Assembly (NCBI GenBank): GCA_973895155.1
Contig: OZ316892.1
Location: 19,975,869-20,039,868, forward strand
Direction of reading: 5' to 3'
Length of the DNA: 64,000 bases
From: Marsupella aquatica
Lineage: Eukaryota; Plantae; Marchantiophyta
The notes beneath the pieces were generated by a model. The model was not told where the DNA came from. It worked only from the letters and a program-made list of their open reading frames with translations, and made no database searches. This document shows, piece by piece, positions 50,053-62,350 of this stretch; the stretch's first letter is position 1, and each line of letters starts with the position of its first letter. The translations under genes and the position numbers were made by a program.

Positions 50053-51483
50053 CATAAAACAAAGTCGGTTTAGGGACTTGGCTCAACATATTCCAATAAA
50101 ACAAGCTGAATCTTTGCAATTTAACTTGTTGCTCCACATACTTCCATATAGCATGCTCATCCTGGAACATGCTTTATTTTTTGTCTTGTAGTGATCTGAA
50201 AGTAAATAAAATATGAGAGCATAGAAGTGCTGTTATATAAGTAAAGTGTCTGCCAAGAAAAGCACAGTGACCAAGAAAAGGTACAGTCAAACAATGCTAC
50301 GATGTGTGCACTTAACTCAGGGTGCCTTATGAATGACACTTCTTACAATAAAAACCATAAACCTAGGAAAGAAAAACATGAGGAGAACTTAAGAGGCTAT
50401 GCATTCATGTTCTTCAGCATCATTTCTCTCACTCGTGGTGGTGGAGCCTTTGGTTTCATCTCTAAGAAAACACATATTGTGAAAGGGGGCTGCCAAAATA
50501 AGTTCAAAACACTCTAGAATACCTAAAACTAAAGGGGTCTAAAAATTAATTAAAAATGTATAGAATACAAAGGCTGCCCCTTGATAAGGCAGATTGAAAT
50601 GAAAATACATGACACAAAAATCTCAATAAGACAAAATCTGAAATGTGCATTCACCATATAGCATATACCAGCTTCGAAATAGTAAGTTAACCCCTCATCT
50701 TTCTATTATAAGTTGTAATTAGGTGATTATGAAGGGTTGAACTATAGAACTCCTGCTGGTAATCCTTGTACCCATTTTTCATCCTACCAAGCCCATTAGG
50801 GTTATGGTTTACTTAGCCAGTTCCATCATTGCTTCATGGACCGGCAAGAGGAAGATCAACTGGGCCCTAGTTCTTTCAGAGGTCATCGCCAAGCAGGTTG
50901 CGGTTGTCACTACTACTAGCCAAACTTATTTGACACCTTACTTGGCGCATGTCTACTGGACGAGACATTGTTTGTTACCAGTGGAGCTGAGCGATTGGAG
51001 GAGGAGAGTGAGACACTTTGAGCTTCCACAGCCAGAGTGTGCGAGAGAGCTGACTCCACCACCTACGACATCACCGACACCCCCAGTGCAGCAGGCGACA
51101 CCACCAGAGGTACCAGGGACGACTTCTTCCACTTTTGTGACTTCCACCTCTTCCACTTCATGGACTGATTTTATTGGTGATGCTGAGAGACTAGCTAGTG
51201 TGGCTGGTTTCAACCAGCATTTGGTTGCCGAGGCTACACGACTTTTGACCTGTACCCCATCCCAGTTACTTGATTGTATTCGGAGTTTGATTGCGGATCC
51301 TCGTTCTACTCCACTTCCCCCTGCCTCACCCTTAGTACCTTCCCCCCAGCCTGATATCCCTATGGATGTTGAGGAGCCAGAGGTACCGATAGTTGATGCA
51401 TGTATTCCTCCTACATGTACACCCACTCCCGAGCACCTTCCTTCTCCCATCCCCGAGCCTTTACCACCTTCACCTGTACCCTC

Positions 51484-54400
51484 TGTAATTAGGTGATTAT
51501 TCCAAAAAGAGAGTTAAAGTATCAAAACCATAAATTTTTAAAATTTTTAAGTTTTTATAAGGCCCTTTAAGCAAAATTAAGTTAGTATAAGCTCAAATGG
51601 GTAAGGATACCATTGGAAGACGTCAAGGCTACTCTGGTTTTCACATATTAGACATCAAGACAGCAAGAAGTTGAAAGGAGCTTCAAAAATGAGGTGACGG
51701 CCTGGACGGCCTCCTCGCAGGGACGGCCGGGACGGCGCCGTCCTGGACGGCCTCCTCACGAAAGACGGCAAAGACGGCGCCGGCTTGGACGGCTTCCACA
51801 CAGGGACGGCAGGGACGGCACCCATTTTTCGCTAAGGACGGCCGACTCCTTCCGCGCCGGCCCGCATGAAAAACTCGAGGACGTCTTGGACGGCCTCAAC
51901 GTAGGGACGTCCGGGACGTCCACCCCGCCACGACCTAATGTGACGTCCGCGCCGGCCCAAACCTTTTTCTCCATTTTTCTTTGAGGGACGTCCATGGCGG
52001 CCGGCAGTAGGGCGCAAGCTTTGACCCTTAGTGCTCACTTGTTAGACCACCATTTGAGCTTGTTTCAATTGCTATAGGAGCGCAACTGCCTAGAGAATGT
52101 TCGCCCCGATTCTGAACTGCCATTGATGAGACGTTGAGGAGTATTGGGTCATCGATGCTCTCTGATTTCTTGGAATTGAAGAAATTGAAATTTTGAGAGC
52201 TTCGCCTGATCAGAGCTCTTTCATTTCTATCTCTTTTCAGTTCATTCCTTCTCCCATAGTAGCGCAGCTACCTTAGATCCCTGAGATTTTATTCTTGAGC
52301 CTCAATGCTTACCCGTTTTTAGGAGGAGAGCTCTAGAGCCTTCTCAGATTTTCTGAGCTATGGCCACCATAAGCTTACCAATTAGTAAGGTGACCTTACC
52401 CCCAGGTCCTAAGGCTTACTTTAGACTCCTTAGTAACCTGGTAGAGATGGGCTTGAGTTCCTTACTTTTTCTTCCTTGGGATATGGTGCATGGGTCCATC
52501 ATTGCCAATTTTCTTCGCCCACCCCGAGCTGGCACTTTTCGGAGTTCTACTAGAGGTTCAGCTGATGTGTGTACCACTGCCGTTATTTCTGAGGTGTACC
52601 AGTTGAGCCAGGAGGGAGAGAGACTTATCTCTGTTGGAGAGGACTTGACTGTCCCCTATTTTAGAGGTACCAGGGACCGGAGGTCTGGTTGGAAGATTGA
52701 TCAGTGCAGGAACCGGGAGTTAGCTCATCTACTCCGATTCCTTGTACCTATCTTTCATCCGACCAAACCCACCAGGGCTATGGTTTACTTGACCAGCTCT
52801 ATCATTGTATCATGGACCGGCAAGAGGAGGATCAACTGGGCCTTAGCTCTTTCGGAGGTGATCGCCAAGCAGGTGGCTATCTTGTCTACTACCGGTGATA
52901 CCTATCTGACACCCTACTTGGCGCACATTTACTTTTCGAGAGGTTGCTTATTACCAGTGGAGCTGAGCGATTGGAGGAGGAGAGCGAGACACTTTGAGCT
53001 ACCTCAGCCAGAGTTAGCGAGGGAGTTGACTCCACCACCAACGACTCTTCGAGACCCCCTCCAGTGGAGCAGACGACAGCACCGGATCTACCAGGGATGA
53101 CTTCTCCCTCTTTCGTTGCTTCCACTTCTTATCCGTCATGGACTGATTTTGTTGGTGATGCTGAGCGACTAGCTAGTGTGGCTGGTTTCAACCAGCATTT
53201 GGTAGATGAGGCCACTAGACTCTTGAGTTGTACCCCTCTACAGTTACTTGACTGTATTCGTGCTTTACTTTCCGAGTCTCGTACCGTCCCACCCCCTCAT
53301 GTTTCACCCCTTGCACCTTCACCACAGCCTGATCACCCTATGGATGCTGATGAGCCGGAGGTACCTATCGCTGATCCTTCACTCCCTCCTCCATCCTCAC
53401 CTACACCCCCTCTACCTGATCCCATTCTTTCCCCTATCCCTCCTACATTTTCACCTGAGCACCCTCCATCTCCTACCCCTGAGCCTTTACCCCCTTCACC
53501 AGTACCCCCTCCAGATCCATTTTCCTCTATTGAGGATACCACCCTATCACCCCTTGATGATTCATTTCCCTCTCCTACCATGGAAGGAGATGAACCTATT
53601 CCTGAGCCTATTCCTGAGACTGAGCCTGAGCCTGAGACTGTAGAGCCTCCCAGTGTACCATTTATAGCTCCTACTCCTTTGATGTCTCAGCCTCCTATTG
53701 TCTCTTCTGTTGCCGACATTGAGCCTCTTTTTGTCTTTCCCGCCCAGTTTGATAGGATGATTACATCACTCATCGACGCACGCACTCCTCTTGCACCTCC
53801 TTTACCTCCACTTATGTTTGGTCGTGAGTCTTTTCCTTTTCCACACACCTACGACATGGTTCCGATTTCTCGTGGTATTCTATGGCTACCTATCGACAAG
53901 CTGAGATTACCCACGATTGAGACTCCTGACCTTTGGAGTTGGGTTTATCATTGTAGAAAGGTCATAGCACCTTTCCCTCTTCCAGCTCCAGACATTCCAT
54001 GGCCATCAGATTACTTTGTTTGGATCGGACCAGATGGACATCCCATCCGGAAGACCAGTGAGCCTCATTTGATTCGTTACCGTGAGGACCTTTTCCGTCG
54101 ACAGTATTTGAAGGGACAGAGGACCAAAGGGAAGATAGCCCTTGGTTATGTAGCTCGCCTCCCTTTACTTGTAGTCGACCCTCCTCCTATTATAGTATGA
54201 GATTAGTATTTTATTTTGTAGACTTTTACTTAGCTTTGACCATTTGACTATCCCTTAGTCAAAGTTGACTTTTACTTTACTTAGTTTAGACTTAGGAAAT
54301 GAAGAGGCATGTCTCTTCATTCTCCTTAGCCCGTGGGCGATCTCATGTACTTATTGTGATACCAGTCTCATTTTGAGACAGTGTGGATAGTTATTTGCAT

Positions 54401-56090
54401 CTCCTCATCTTGGAGTTTTGTCCCTTGTACGTGTAATGCAATTTTGCAAGGAAGATTTGCATACCTTGAAATTTGATTACTTGTGCTAGGAGTCTACCCC
54501 TCCTTCGTATGGTAATGCATGTTGCAATTACCGTAAGAAGTAAAACCCATAAAAATACAGTTTGCGGAATGTATTAGAAGATCCGTTGGTCGGTGCCTAA
54601 TCCAAACTACAACATTTGTTGTCCATTTCTGTATTTACATGAAGGACTTATCTTTGGAAGATAAGTATTGCATGAAATCAAGAAAAGAAAAATCTATATG
54701 TTAAGAAGTAGCAACATTCTTAATTCACGGATTTGAAGTACCATTGTGGTATACTGAATGTGCATTAGTTTTTCTTTGGAATTGCGCATCGCTGAAGAAG
54801 GAAACATGTTGCCGGCATTTTAATGACACACTACTATATACACAATCCGAAACTTATCTTGGGTTTTGTGAGCATAGACACTTCTTAAACATAGATTTAT
54901 GATAGAAACCTAGAGAGCAGTTATAGCAAGGTTATGTTTGACTTATCAACGTCTCAAATAATGCCATAGCTCTTTCTTAAGACATGGTGACGGAGTTAAA
55001 TATTGCTAAACTATACCTCTAAAAGCTCTAAGATTCTGTTATTCACACTAGAAGAAACCGGCCCGTTTTGAGACCTGGAGATGTGTGACTTGTCCAAGAC
55101 CTTCATGAAATAGCGACTCCAAGGTTGTTGGTGTCATGTTAGTCACACCTTCTTGACTGAGTTTTGGTGAAGTTTTGCCAAGTCATGTTTACAACTGTTA
55201 GGTAAGTTGCAACTATAACTTAGTTAAGGCAATTAGGGTGAAGTTATACAAGTGACTCTACATTAGAGTACAACTTATGAGACCACTACATTTGAACCCT
55301 TAAACCTTAAAGTATGGGATCCGCGACCATATACATATGATTTTGGATACACCATATGTCATTCCACATCAATTTAATAATAGTTTAGTCATACCATTCT
55401 AAACCATAATTACTTGATCTTAGATAGCATTAGTTTTCTTTTAGGCTCATCATTTGTGCTCTTAATTAATGAGCATGCAACAAGGCTATTGTAAGGTTAA
55501 TCCTAGCCCTGTGCGTTCATTTAATCTTTGCTCATATTGTGTTGTGTCAAATTTTCTTTAGGGTTTACAGCTCATGTCAACGCAAAGTGGTCGAGTGTCA
55601 CTGGGTTCAGTTCTCTCACTAAGTGTTAAGGTATGCATTGTGCGTTGCCTTTGGATACGAGTTTAGGGTGCGCGGGTTTTTCAACAGGAAACACACCAGC
55701 AGAGTGCAAATGGGAGTTGAAGGTGCGCGGGAACTCGGAGGTTTTTGTCAAGGAAAAACTTGGATGTCCATTGTGCTTACCAACAACCATCGTTTAGGGC
55801 GAGGAGCTTTACGGACTTCCGCTTGTCGTGCTTGAGTGTACATCTGCCCTCTATACTTTTGGGAGCTTTGGACTAGAGCAGATGATCAGCAAATGTCACT
55901 TTTGTTCTTATTTTATTAATTCATTGTGTTTTGTTTCAGATTCTATTTTTCTTATAGATGTTGAGTACCATCTCTAAACCACTCAAAACACTTTAAAACA
56001 TCTTTTCATCCCATTCTTGTTCTTCCATGGGAACGAACACCGAGTTTTTAGCATATATTCGATGATATTTGCTTTTGTTAGCATACGACA
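51484..56090 (+). mobile_element. Element B: 4607-bp TG...CA element with 5-bp TSD (solo-LTR-like) carrying one long ORF
   Basis: ccctc|TGTAATTAGG...CATACGACA|ccctc (TSD 51479-51483 and 56091-56095); GGACG(G/T)C motif array at ~51695-52000; no RT/IN. Confidence 0.85.
52360..54200 (+). pseudogene. ~613-aa TE-associated ORF with one frameshift near 53045 (N-terminal helical domain, Pro-rich linker, Trp-rich C-terminal domain)
   Basis: ORFs 52360-53100 and 53064-54200 are collinear with the paralog in B'. FLVPIFHPTKPTR...RINWA...TPYLAHIY resembles, from memory, retroelement accessory ORFs of mosses. Confidence 0.75.
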
Positions 56091-57099
56091 CCCTCTCCCC
56101 TTTCATCCCCTTCCACTCAGGAGGCCACTTTACCACACTCTGATGTTCTATCTCCCTCCCCTACCAGGGAAGGAAATGAACCCATTCCCGAGCCTAATCT
56201 GAATACTGAGACATTAGAGCCCCCCAGGGTACCATTTCTAGCTCCTACACCTTTGATGTCTCAGCATCCTATTGTCTCTTCTACTGCCGATATTGAGCCC
56301 CTTTTTGCTCTTCCTGTCGCGTTTGCTACCATGATCACTACACTGATTGACACACGCATTCCTCTTGCACCACCCTTACCTCCACTGATGTTTGGTTCCC
56401 ACTCGCTCCCTTTTGTACATACATATGACATGGTTCCTAGTTATCCTGGTATTTTATGGCTTCCTATCGACAAGCTGCGCATGCTAGAGATTGAGGGTCC
56501 GCAGTTGTGGAGTTGGGTTTATCATTGTAGAAAGGTCATTGCACCTATCCCTCTTCCAGCCCCGGACATTCCATGGCCCTCAGATTATTATGTTTGGATT
56601 GGACCGGATGGACATCCCATCCGGAAGACCAGTGACCCAGATCTGATGAGACTCCGACAGGATATTTTTCGCCGACAGTATTTGAAGGGCAATAGGGCCA
56701 AAGGGAAGTTAGCACTTGGATTTGTAGCGAGTCTTCCCCTGATTGTAGTTGACCCTCCTCCTATTGTCTTATGACATTTGTACCTCATTTGCTAAACTTA
56801 TTAGTGTATTGAGCTTTTACTACTTCACTACTTGCGTAGTTGAACGTTTACTACCCCTCATCTTTGTATCACTCCATACCGTGATGAATTTCGTGAATTT
56901 TGTAATATCGCTGACCGCACGGGGATATTCCTCTTGCTGTTCATGGACCCTGCCATGTTTGGGTGCTCCATACCGTGATGAACATCATGAAGTATGTATT
57001 ATCGCTGACCGCACACTGTATACTCCTCTTGCTCTTTATGGAGTTCATGTTGAAGTCTTTTACACAACTTCATAACCTCGAAAAGGAGAGGAAGATATA

Positions 57100-58037
57100 T
57101 CAACTCCTATAATACACAGTTGCGCCACTTTTTAGAGTGGTCGTCATTCAAATATGCAGGGCACAAAAATTAAAAAATCTGACCAAGAGAAGGAATAAAA
57201 CAAAATTGAATTATATTGAGTGTGAAATTTCCAAGCAAGAACTAAAGGGGAATTGGGAATGTCAGGGAATGCCAATACACAATAATCAAATATTTTATGG
57301 ACCATCTATGTATAGTACTATCCATGCATACTAAGCCCCATGCATAGAAATAGTATTTTCCATGCCTAGACATTGTACCCCATGGTAATCTATGTCCTAG
57401 GAGGAGTTTAAATGATTACAAATATTACATAATGTAATAGAAAAGTTCAAACCAAAAAATAGTACAAAAGGCCTAAAGGGGGGGGGGGGGGGGGGGAGAA
57501 GTTAAGGTTTTCAAGGAATTACAAAATGAAAAATACTAAGACAAAAATCATTCTTGACTGGTTATACTTTGTGGTTGTTTTACTCATTTTTTGCGCCCAT
57601 TTTGCACAAGATTTTCTTAAGAACATCTTGGGCGACACCACATCTTTTTTTCTTAACGGCATCTTGGGTGACACCACATCTTTTTTCTTAAACAACAACG
57701 TCTTGGGCAACACAACATTAGTTTTTCTTAATGACATCTTAGATGACATGACATCTTTTTTCTTAATAACATCTTGAATGGGAGACATGACATCTGTTGT
57801 TCTCAACGACTTTTTGGCCGACATGACATCTTTTGTTATCACCGGCATCTCGGCCAACACGACACCTTTTGTTCTCACATCTTGGGCGACACAGCATCTT
57901 AAGTTTCTTCTCAACGACCGATGACTTGGCCGACATGACATCTTTATTCTCAACAACCTCTTGGACGACACGACCTCTTTTGTTCTCAACAACATCAGGA
58001 ACGACATCTGTTGTGCAATGCACGGGTATTGAGCTAG
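57100..58037 (+). mobile_element. Uninterrupted non-autonomous Helitron (H3), 938 bp
   Basis: A|TCAACTCCTATAATAC...GTGCAATGCACGGGTATTGAGCTAG|T; inserted between A and T with no TSD. Confidence 0.88.
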
Positions 58038-58858
58038 TGGAATGATAAAGACAACTACAACGGCCCGCATGAGTCCAAAGAGAGATGAACTTGTGGAGTG
58101 ACGCCCTCTATCACTCCCCTAGTACTATGCAAAGTGAGAAGGAGGGAGGAATATAAGATGTGCATTCATTGATTTATAGACATCTAATGTGGTTTATCAC
58201 GATTGGTATGCTGCCCCATTTTCGTGTCCATTTAGCAGGATTGTTTGTGAGCACCCTTATGTAATTCGGAGCCTGCTTGTAATCATACATCAAAATGTGG
58301 CTCCATTCATTGATTGAAAGTCACATTACAAGTATCGCGGTATGCAGGGGTTCCGTACATAGTATCTGTAATATTACATGGTCTACAGTGAACGATGTAT
58401 ACCTAATTGTTAAGCATTTATCGTCCCTTCTGGTAATCATACATCAAAATATGGTTGCAGTCATTGATTGCAAGAGAAAAACAAGGATTATCACGGTATG
58501 AAGTGGTACCGTACATAGTATATGTCATATTTTGATGCGTTTATCGTGGACTGGGCTGGCATGCTCCGTACTCTATTACGTGATATTATTGGGACGGTAT
58601 TACTTAGCGTGAATATTACGTTTACCTTGGTGGTACTTATCGCAAGTCGATAGCAGTGGAAGTGTGCACAATAGTTTTGATGCGGCGAGTAGCAGTTCTG
58701 TTTGCGGGCGCAGATACAGCTTCGACTTTGAGGCAACAGCTCCGACTTTGATTTGCGTGTGTTGTGAGCGATATGATAGTGCGGCCGCAGGCAGACTTGG
58801 AAGCAACGGGTTGAAGGTAGACGCATGCCCCTATCCGCGTTACCAACCTCTCCACGCC

Positions 58859-59512
58859 ATGGCTGAATGGACTCCACTCGCAGAATTTGAGGGTTGTCGG
58901 GCGGCTTCTAAAGGCAAGGACTTTCCACCCTCCTTGGTGTGGGGGTTCAATTATGTAGCCAGGCATCCATACCCACGTAAATTTGTTTACTCTGTGTGTC
59001 CACAAACTTCATGCTCGAGATCGCTCGAATTCGGGCCGCAATGTGGGCATCGTTTACCGGGGGAACCAAAGTTTAGATTTGAGCTCATTTTATTTGATGC
59101 AGTACACGGGGCGCGAAAACCCGTGCGGGCTAACATCTGGAAATGTGCCTGCAATTTGTTGAAGTGTACCCCATACGACTTCAATGTCTTGCCTGAGCTA
59201 GACCAGGTTCGTCTGGTACAGTCAGTTCTGCAAAATTGTCCCAAGATTAAAGTGTCACTTTCAATAAGAGATATGGAGTTGCATATTGAGCACCTGATGA
59301 TTATGGATGAGGGTTTGACAGTGCCACGTTCCCTACATGTTGGGTCCTCCAGTGCGAGGAGGCCCATCGCCAGGACTTCCACCAATGGTAAGGAGACTGA
59401 GTTGACTACTCCAGCTAAGTCTTCATCAACTACTCCATCGAAGTCTTCTAGTGCAAAAAAAGTCCTCAGCGATCTTATAAAGGCATTGCAGGAGGCTGAT
59501 CTAGACGACTGA
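58859..59512 (+). CDS. RPA1 C-terminal-like (OB-fold with Zn ribbon) ssDNA-binding protein, 217 aa
   Basis: KFVYSVCPQTSCSRSL...CGH...PKFRFELILFD...ANIW..A.NLL..TP.DF fits the Rep_fac-A_C pattern (Y.ACP..C.K....C...RY.L.L.D...A.LLG); RPA70-like ORFs are established cargo of plant Helitrons. Confidence 0.6.
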   Translation: MAEWTPLAEFEGCRAASKGKDFPPSLVWGFNYVARHPYPRKFVYSVCPQTSCSRSLEFGPQCGHRLPGEPKFRFELILFDAVHGARKPVRANIWKCACNLLKCTPYDFNVLPELDQVRLVQSVLQNCPKIKVSLSIRDMELHIEHLMIMDEGLTVPRSLHVGSSSARRPIARTSTNGKETELTTPAKSSSTTPSKSSSAKKVLSDLIKALQEADLDD

Positions 59513-60213
59513 CCGCTACACGGCCGCTTATTCAAGTTTAGCGCAAGGGTGGACTTCGAAGGCGTAGGGATTTTTGTCAGTTTTGTAGGGACCCAGTGTG
59601 CCGAAGGTTGCTAACGAGGAGACTTCTGGGGATTTTTGTTTAGTTTGCACCAGGTTTATGATACTGAATACACACCGTGCTCGTGAATGATCAATACATA
59701 CCGTGATTTTCGTCAGTTTTTTATAACTCAGTGACTGCGCGCCATATATTTTTGCATTTTCATGAGCAGCAAGCATGGGCCTTTTACCCTGCACCGTGTT
59801 TCTCTTTGTGCCTGTATATCCCTTCATTGTACTGCGGTGTTCTGCTATCGAACAAATAAAGTATTGTTTTAGACAATGATAATGTCGGGTGGCAAACTTT
59901 GTGGATGCTTCGAGGTTTCATTCACAGGTACTAGGATTGACTGTTTCCATAAATCATAGTATGTCCGAGTACCCAGTGAGGCGGAGAGACGGCACCCGGC
60001 GCGCCGAAGGCTGCTAATGACACGACGGTTGCTAATGAGGAGACTGATTAACTATGATCAAATGTATGACAATACATACCATGATAAAATTGAGTCTTGT
60101 CATCATATCACTTATTTCACATCGCACCCTCGTAGGACTCTTTATTTATGCATACCGCGGAAATGAAGTACAACATGCCATGCACTGGCCATTGCATCAC
60201 AAACAGCAAGAAA

Positions 60214-61347
60214 CTATAGGGAGGAGGAAGACTGAACGGATGACAGGTCCTCAAACACTAGACGCTCGTCCTCTCTCATCTTTCCTAAGATCTGCGAAGC
60301 AGTCCTCCTTTTCTCGTCTCCTGGGGTGCCCCTACGTTTGTGGGTTGAAGTGGCCTGTGTACTACAATGGGCACAGCCAAATGCACAGGGCTGACGGGGC
60401 CGCTTAGGCAAAACCTTTACCGGCGGGGTGAAAGGCACAGCGTCTGAAGTGGCGTCGGACGAATCGCTGACTGGCTCCTCCAATTTTCCCTACGTTAAAA
60501 CACGGAATTGTTACGCCACTGGGCATGCCATGAACAGTACCATGTCATAGCACGAGCAGTAACAATAAAAACTCATTTGGGCTTGTGAGGACAATAACAT
60601 GCCATAGCTCGATCAGTAACAATCAAAATTCTCTGAGGACAGTAACATATCATAACTTACCAGCCTGATGGCTGCGGAATTCCCAATTTTGAAGCTGGGA
60701 AATGTCAGTTTCTCGTATATGTATTTGGCCTCTTCTTTCAGAAATGACTTCTTGAAAGTGCGCTTCCAGTTCTTGTAATGAAGGTCAGCCAAAGCAGCAG
60801 CTTCTCTTTGGAATGCCCAGTTTCCCCATAAGTCAGACGCTTCTATCACAACAATGTACGCCAGCGCGCTCGAAGCCATTTCCATCTTGAACTTGACAAA
60901 CACATCCTACTCTTCTCCAGGAACAAACTTTCTGGAAGCCATGAAATCTACTGCGTCCAAACCCCTCTCTGTCCTCCTCCACTCATCATCTGTCATACGG
61001 GGCATTGGGCGGCCATATGCGATCTTCCATCGGGCCATGCTCACCCAATCACTGAACAAATGCGACTGTTCTTTACCAGACTCAGTGATCCGGCGCTTCA
61101 AATCTTTGGTTGGGTCCAGCAGCTTGTCAATCCAAGTGTCCTTATCACCACCAAATAGTGCAATCTGTATGACATAAATCAAAGCTGGAGGCACTGGTAG
61201 CGAAGGTTCATGAACGTGATTCAATTCGCCAACCCCAAGGCTGTCATCATAATAGAAACGGTGGAAGTAGTCCTTCTGCTCAGTTCTTTTCTTTTTCCAC
61301 CGTCCGGCCAGGGTTAGTGCCCTTGGATGTGTTCCTCGGTCTGCCAT
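60214..61347 (-). pseudogene. Two-exon hypothetical gene (~320 codons) with one in-frame TAG at 60907
   Basis: ORFs 61347-60907, 60903-60661 and 60489-60214 link through one stop and a phase-0 intron at 60660-60490 (GTAAGT...ACGTAG). Confidence 0.55.
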
Positions 61348-61655
61348 TGCTGTTGTAGGAGCAGGAGCTGAGAAGTAAGTAAACGCCCGTAGAAGGTAGC
61401 TGCAGCAGGATAGGTGAAGCAGCTGCAAAGCCCTGTGCTGTCGAGCCTAGTATTCGAAGAAGAAGTGAATGTAGAAGAGTTGAATGTAGGACGCAGCACT
61501 TTGAAGACAAGCTCAAACTTTTGCGCAGCACTGTCAGCTTCGGGATGGAAGCGAACACTCCGCTTCTCTCTGGTAACCACGACAAGTTCTCGACAGCATA
61601 GGGCAGGACTTGCACATAGGACATGGATTCAAATTCTCGACGCCCTAAACGGAAT

Positions 61656-62057
61656 CTATTTGTAGTGGAGTGGCGGCTTCGGGGGCATTCCATACCATGA
61701 TACAATCTCCCGGTACATATATGTTTTGTATGTTATGTGCATTGGTACCAGTATTGCACGTATATGGTATTGAACGTTTACGGTGACATCGGGATCCATT
61801 TCGTCAAGGGCATCGTATGGAACAACGTAATTCGCAGTGTAATCACCTGTTGACATTGTATTACAGGGATTCCATCCCGTTTCTTTATGTATGTTGTAGT
61901 ATGGCTTTCTACATTCCATACGACTAATGCTAAACTGATCAGGGAAATTGTATAGGGTTCTAATAGCGCTCCTTGCTCTGCCCAGGAAATACAAACTGTT
62001 ATTGTCACGCCAAGCATGAACTGATAGACGCCCCTGGATAGAGTTTTCTTTAGGCAT
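61656..62057 (-). CDS. Hypothetical 133-aa ORF
   Basis: ATG start and protein-like composition; no family recognised. Confidence 0.3.
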   Translation of the reverse strand: MPKENSIQGRLSVHAWRDNNSLYFLGRARSAIRTLYNFPDQFSISRMECRKPYYNIHKETGWNPCNTMSTGDYTANYVVPYDALDEMDPDVTVNVQYHIRAILVPMHITYKTYMYREIVSWYGMPPKPPLHYK

Positions 62058-62350
62058 GTATGTAGTTACGAGTCACATCAGGCAATTTTCAGCTACCACA
62101 ATCCTTGCTGATTTTCCCGTGTACTTCTCTGCAGGGTCAACCTTTAATTGCATTAAAACTCATAAATGTTTCTCTCTTCACAACCCTTGTTGGTTCTCGG
62201 TTTACAACAAGTTTACGGCTCGATCGAAAACCCTGCTGGAAATCACACATCAAAATTTTGCTACATTCATTGACATTAAGAAAACATTTCGAGTTATCAC
62301 GGTCTGCAAGGGTGTCGTCGTCCAAAAATGGGAGCTGCGGGCGACTACTA

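Larger units (their letters stand above)
50714..56774 (+). mobile_element. Element B': older, internally deleted relative of element B, split by element B
   Basis: Starts with the same TGTAATTAGGTGATTAT terminus. ORF halves 50804-51483 and 56096-56774 rejoin in frame (PSPVPSPLSSPSTQE) once B and one TSD are removed. 3' end not found. Confidence 0.75.

Noticed and set aside
50714-51500. Two TGTAATTAGGTGATTAT copies as the LTR pair of one small element
   Set aside because: Only 17 bp are shared; the second copy is the start of element B, as shown by the CCCTC TSD and frame restoration.
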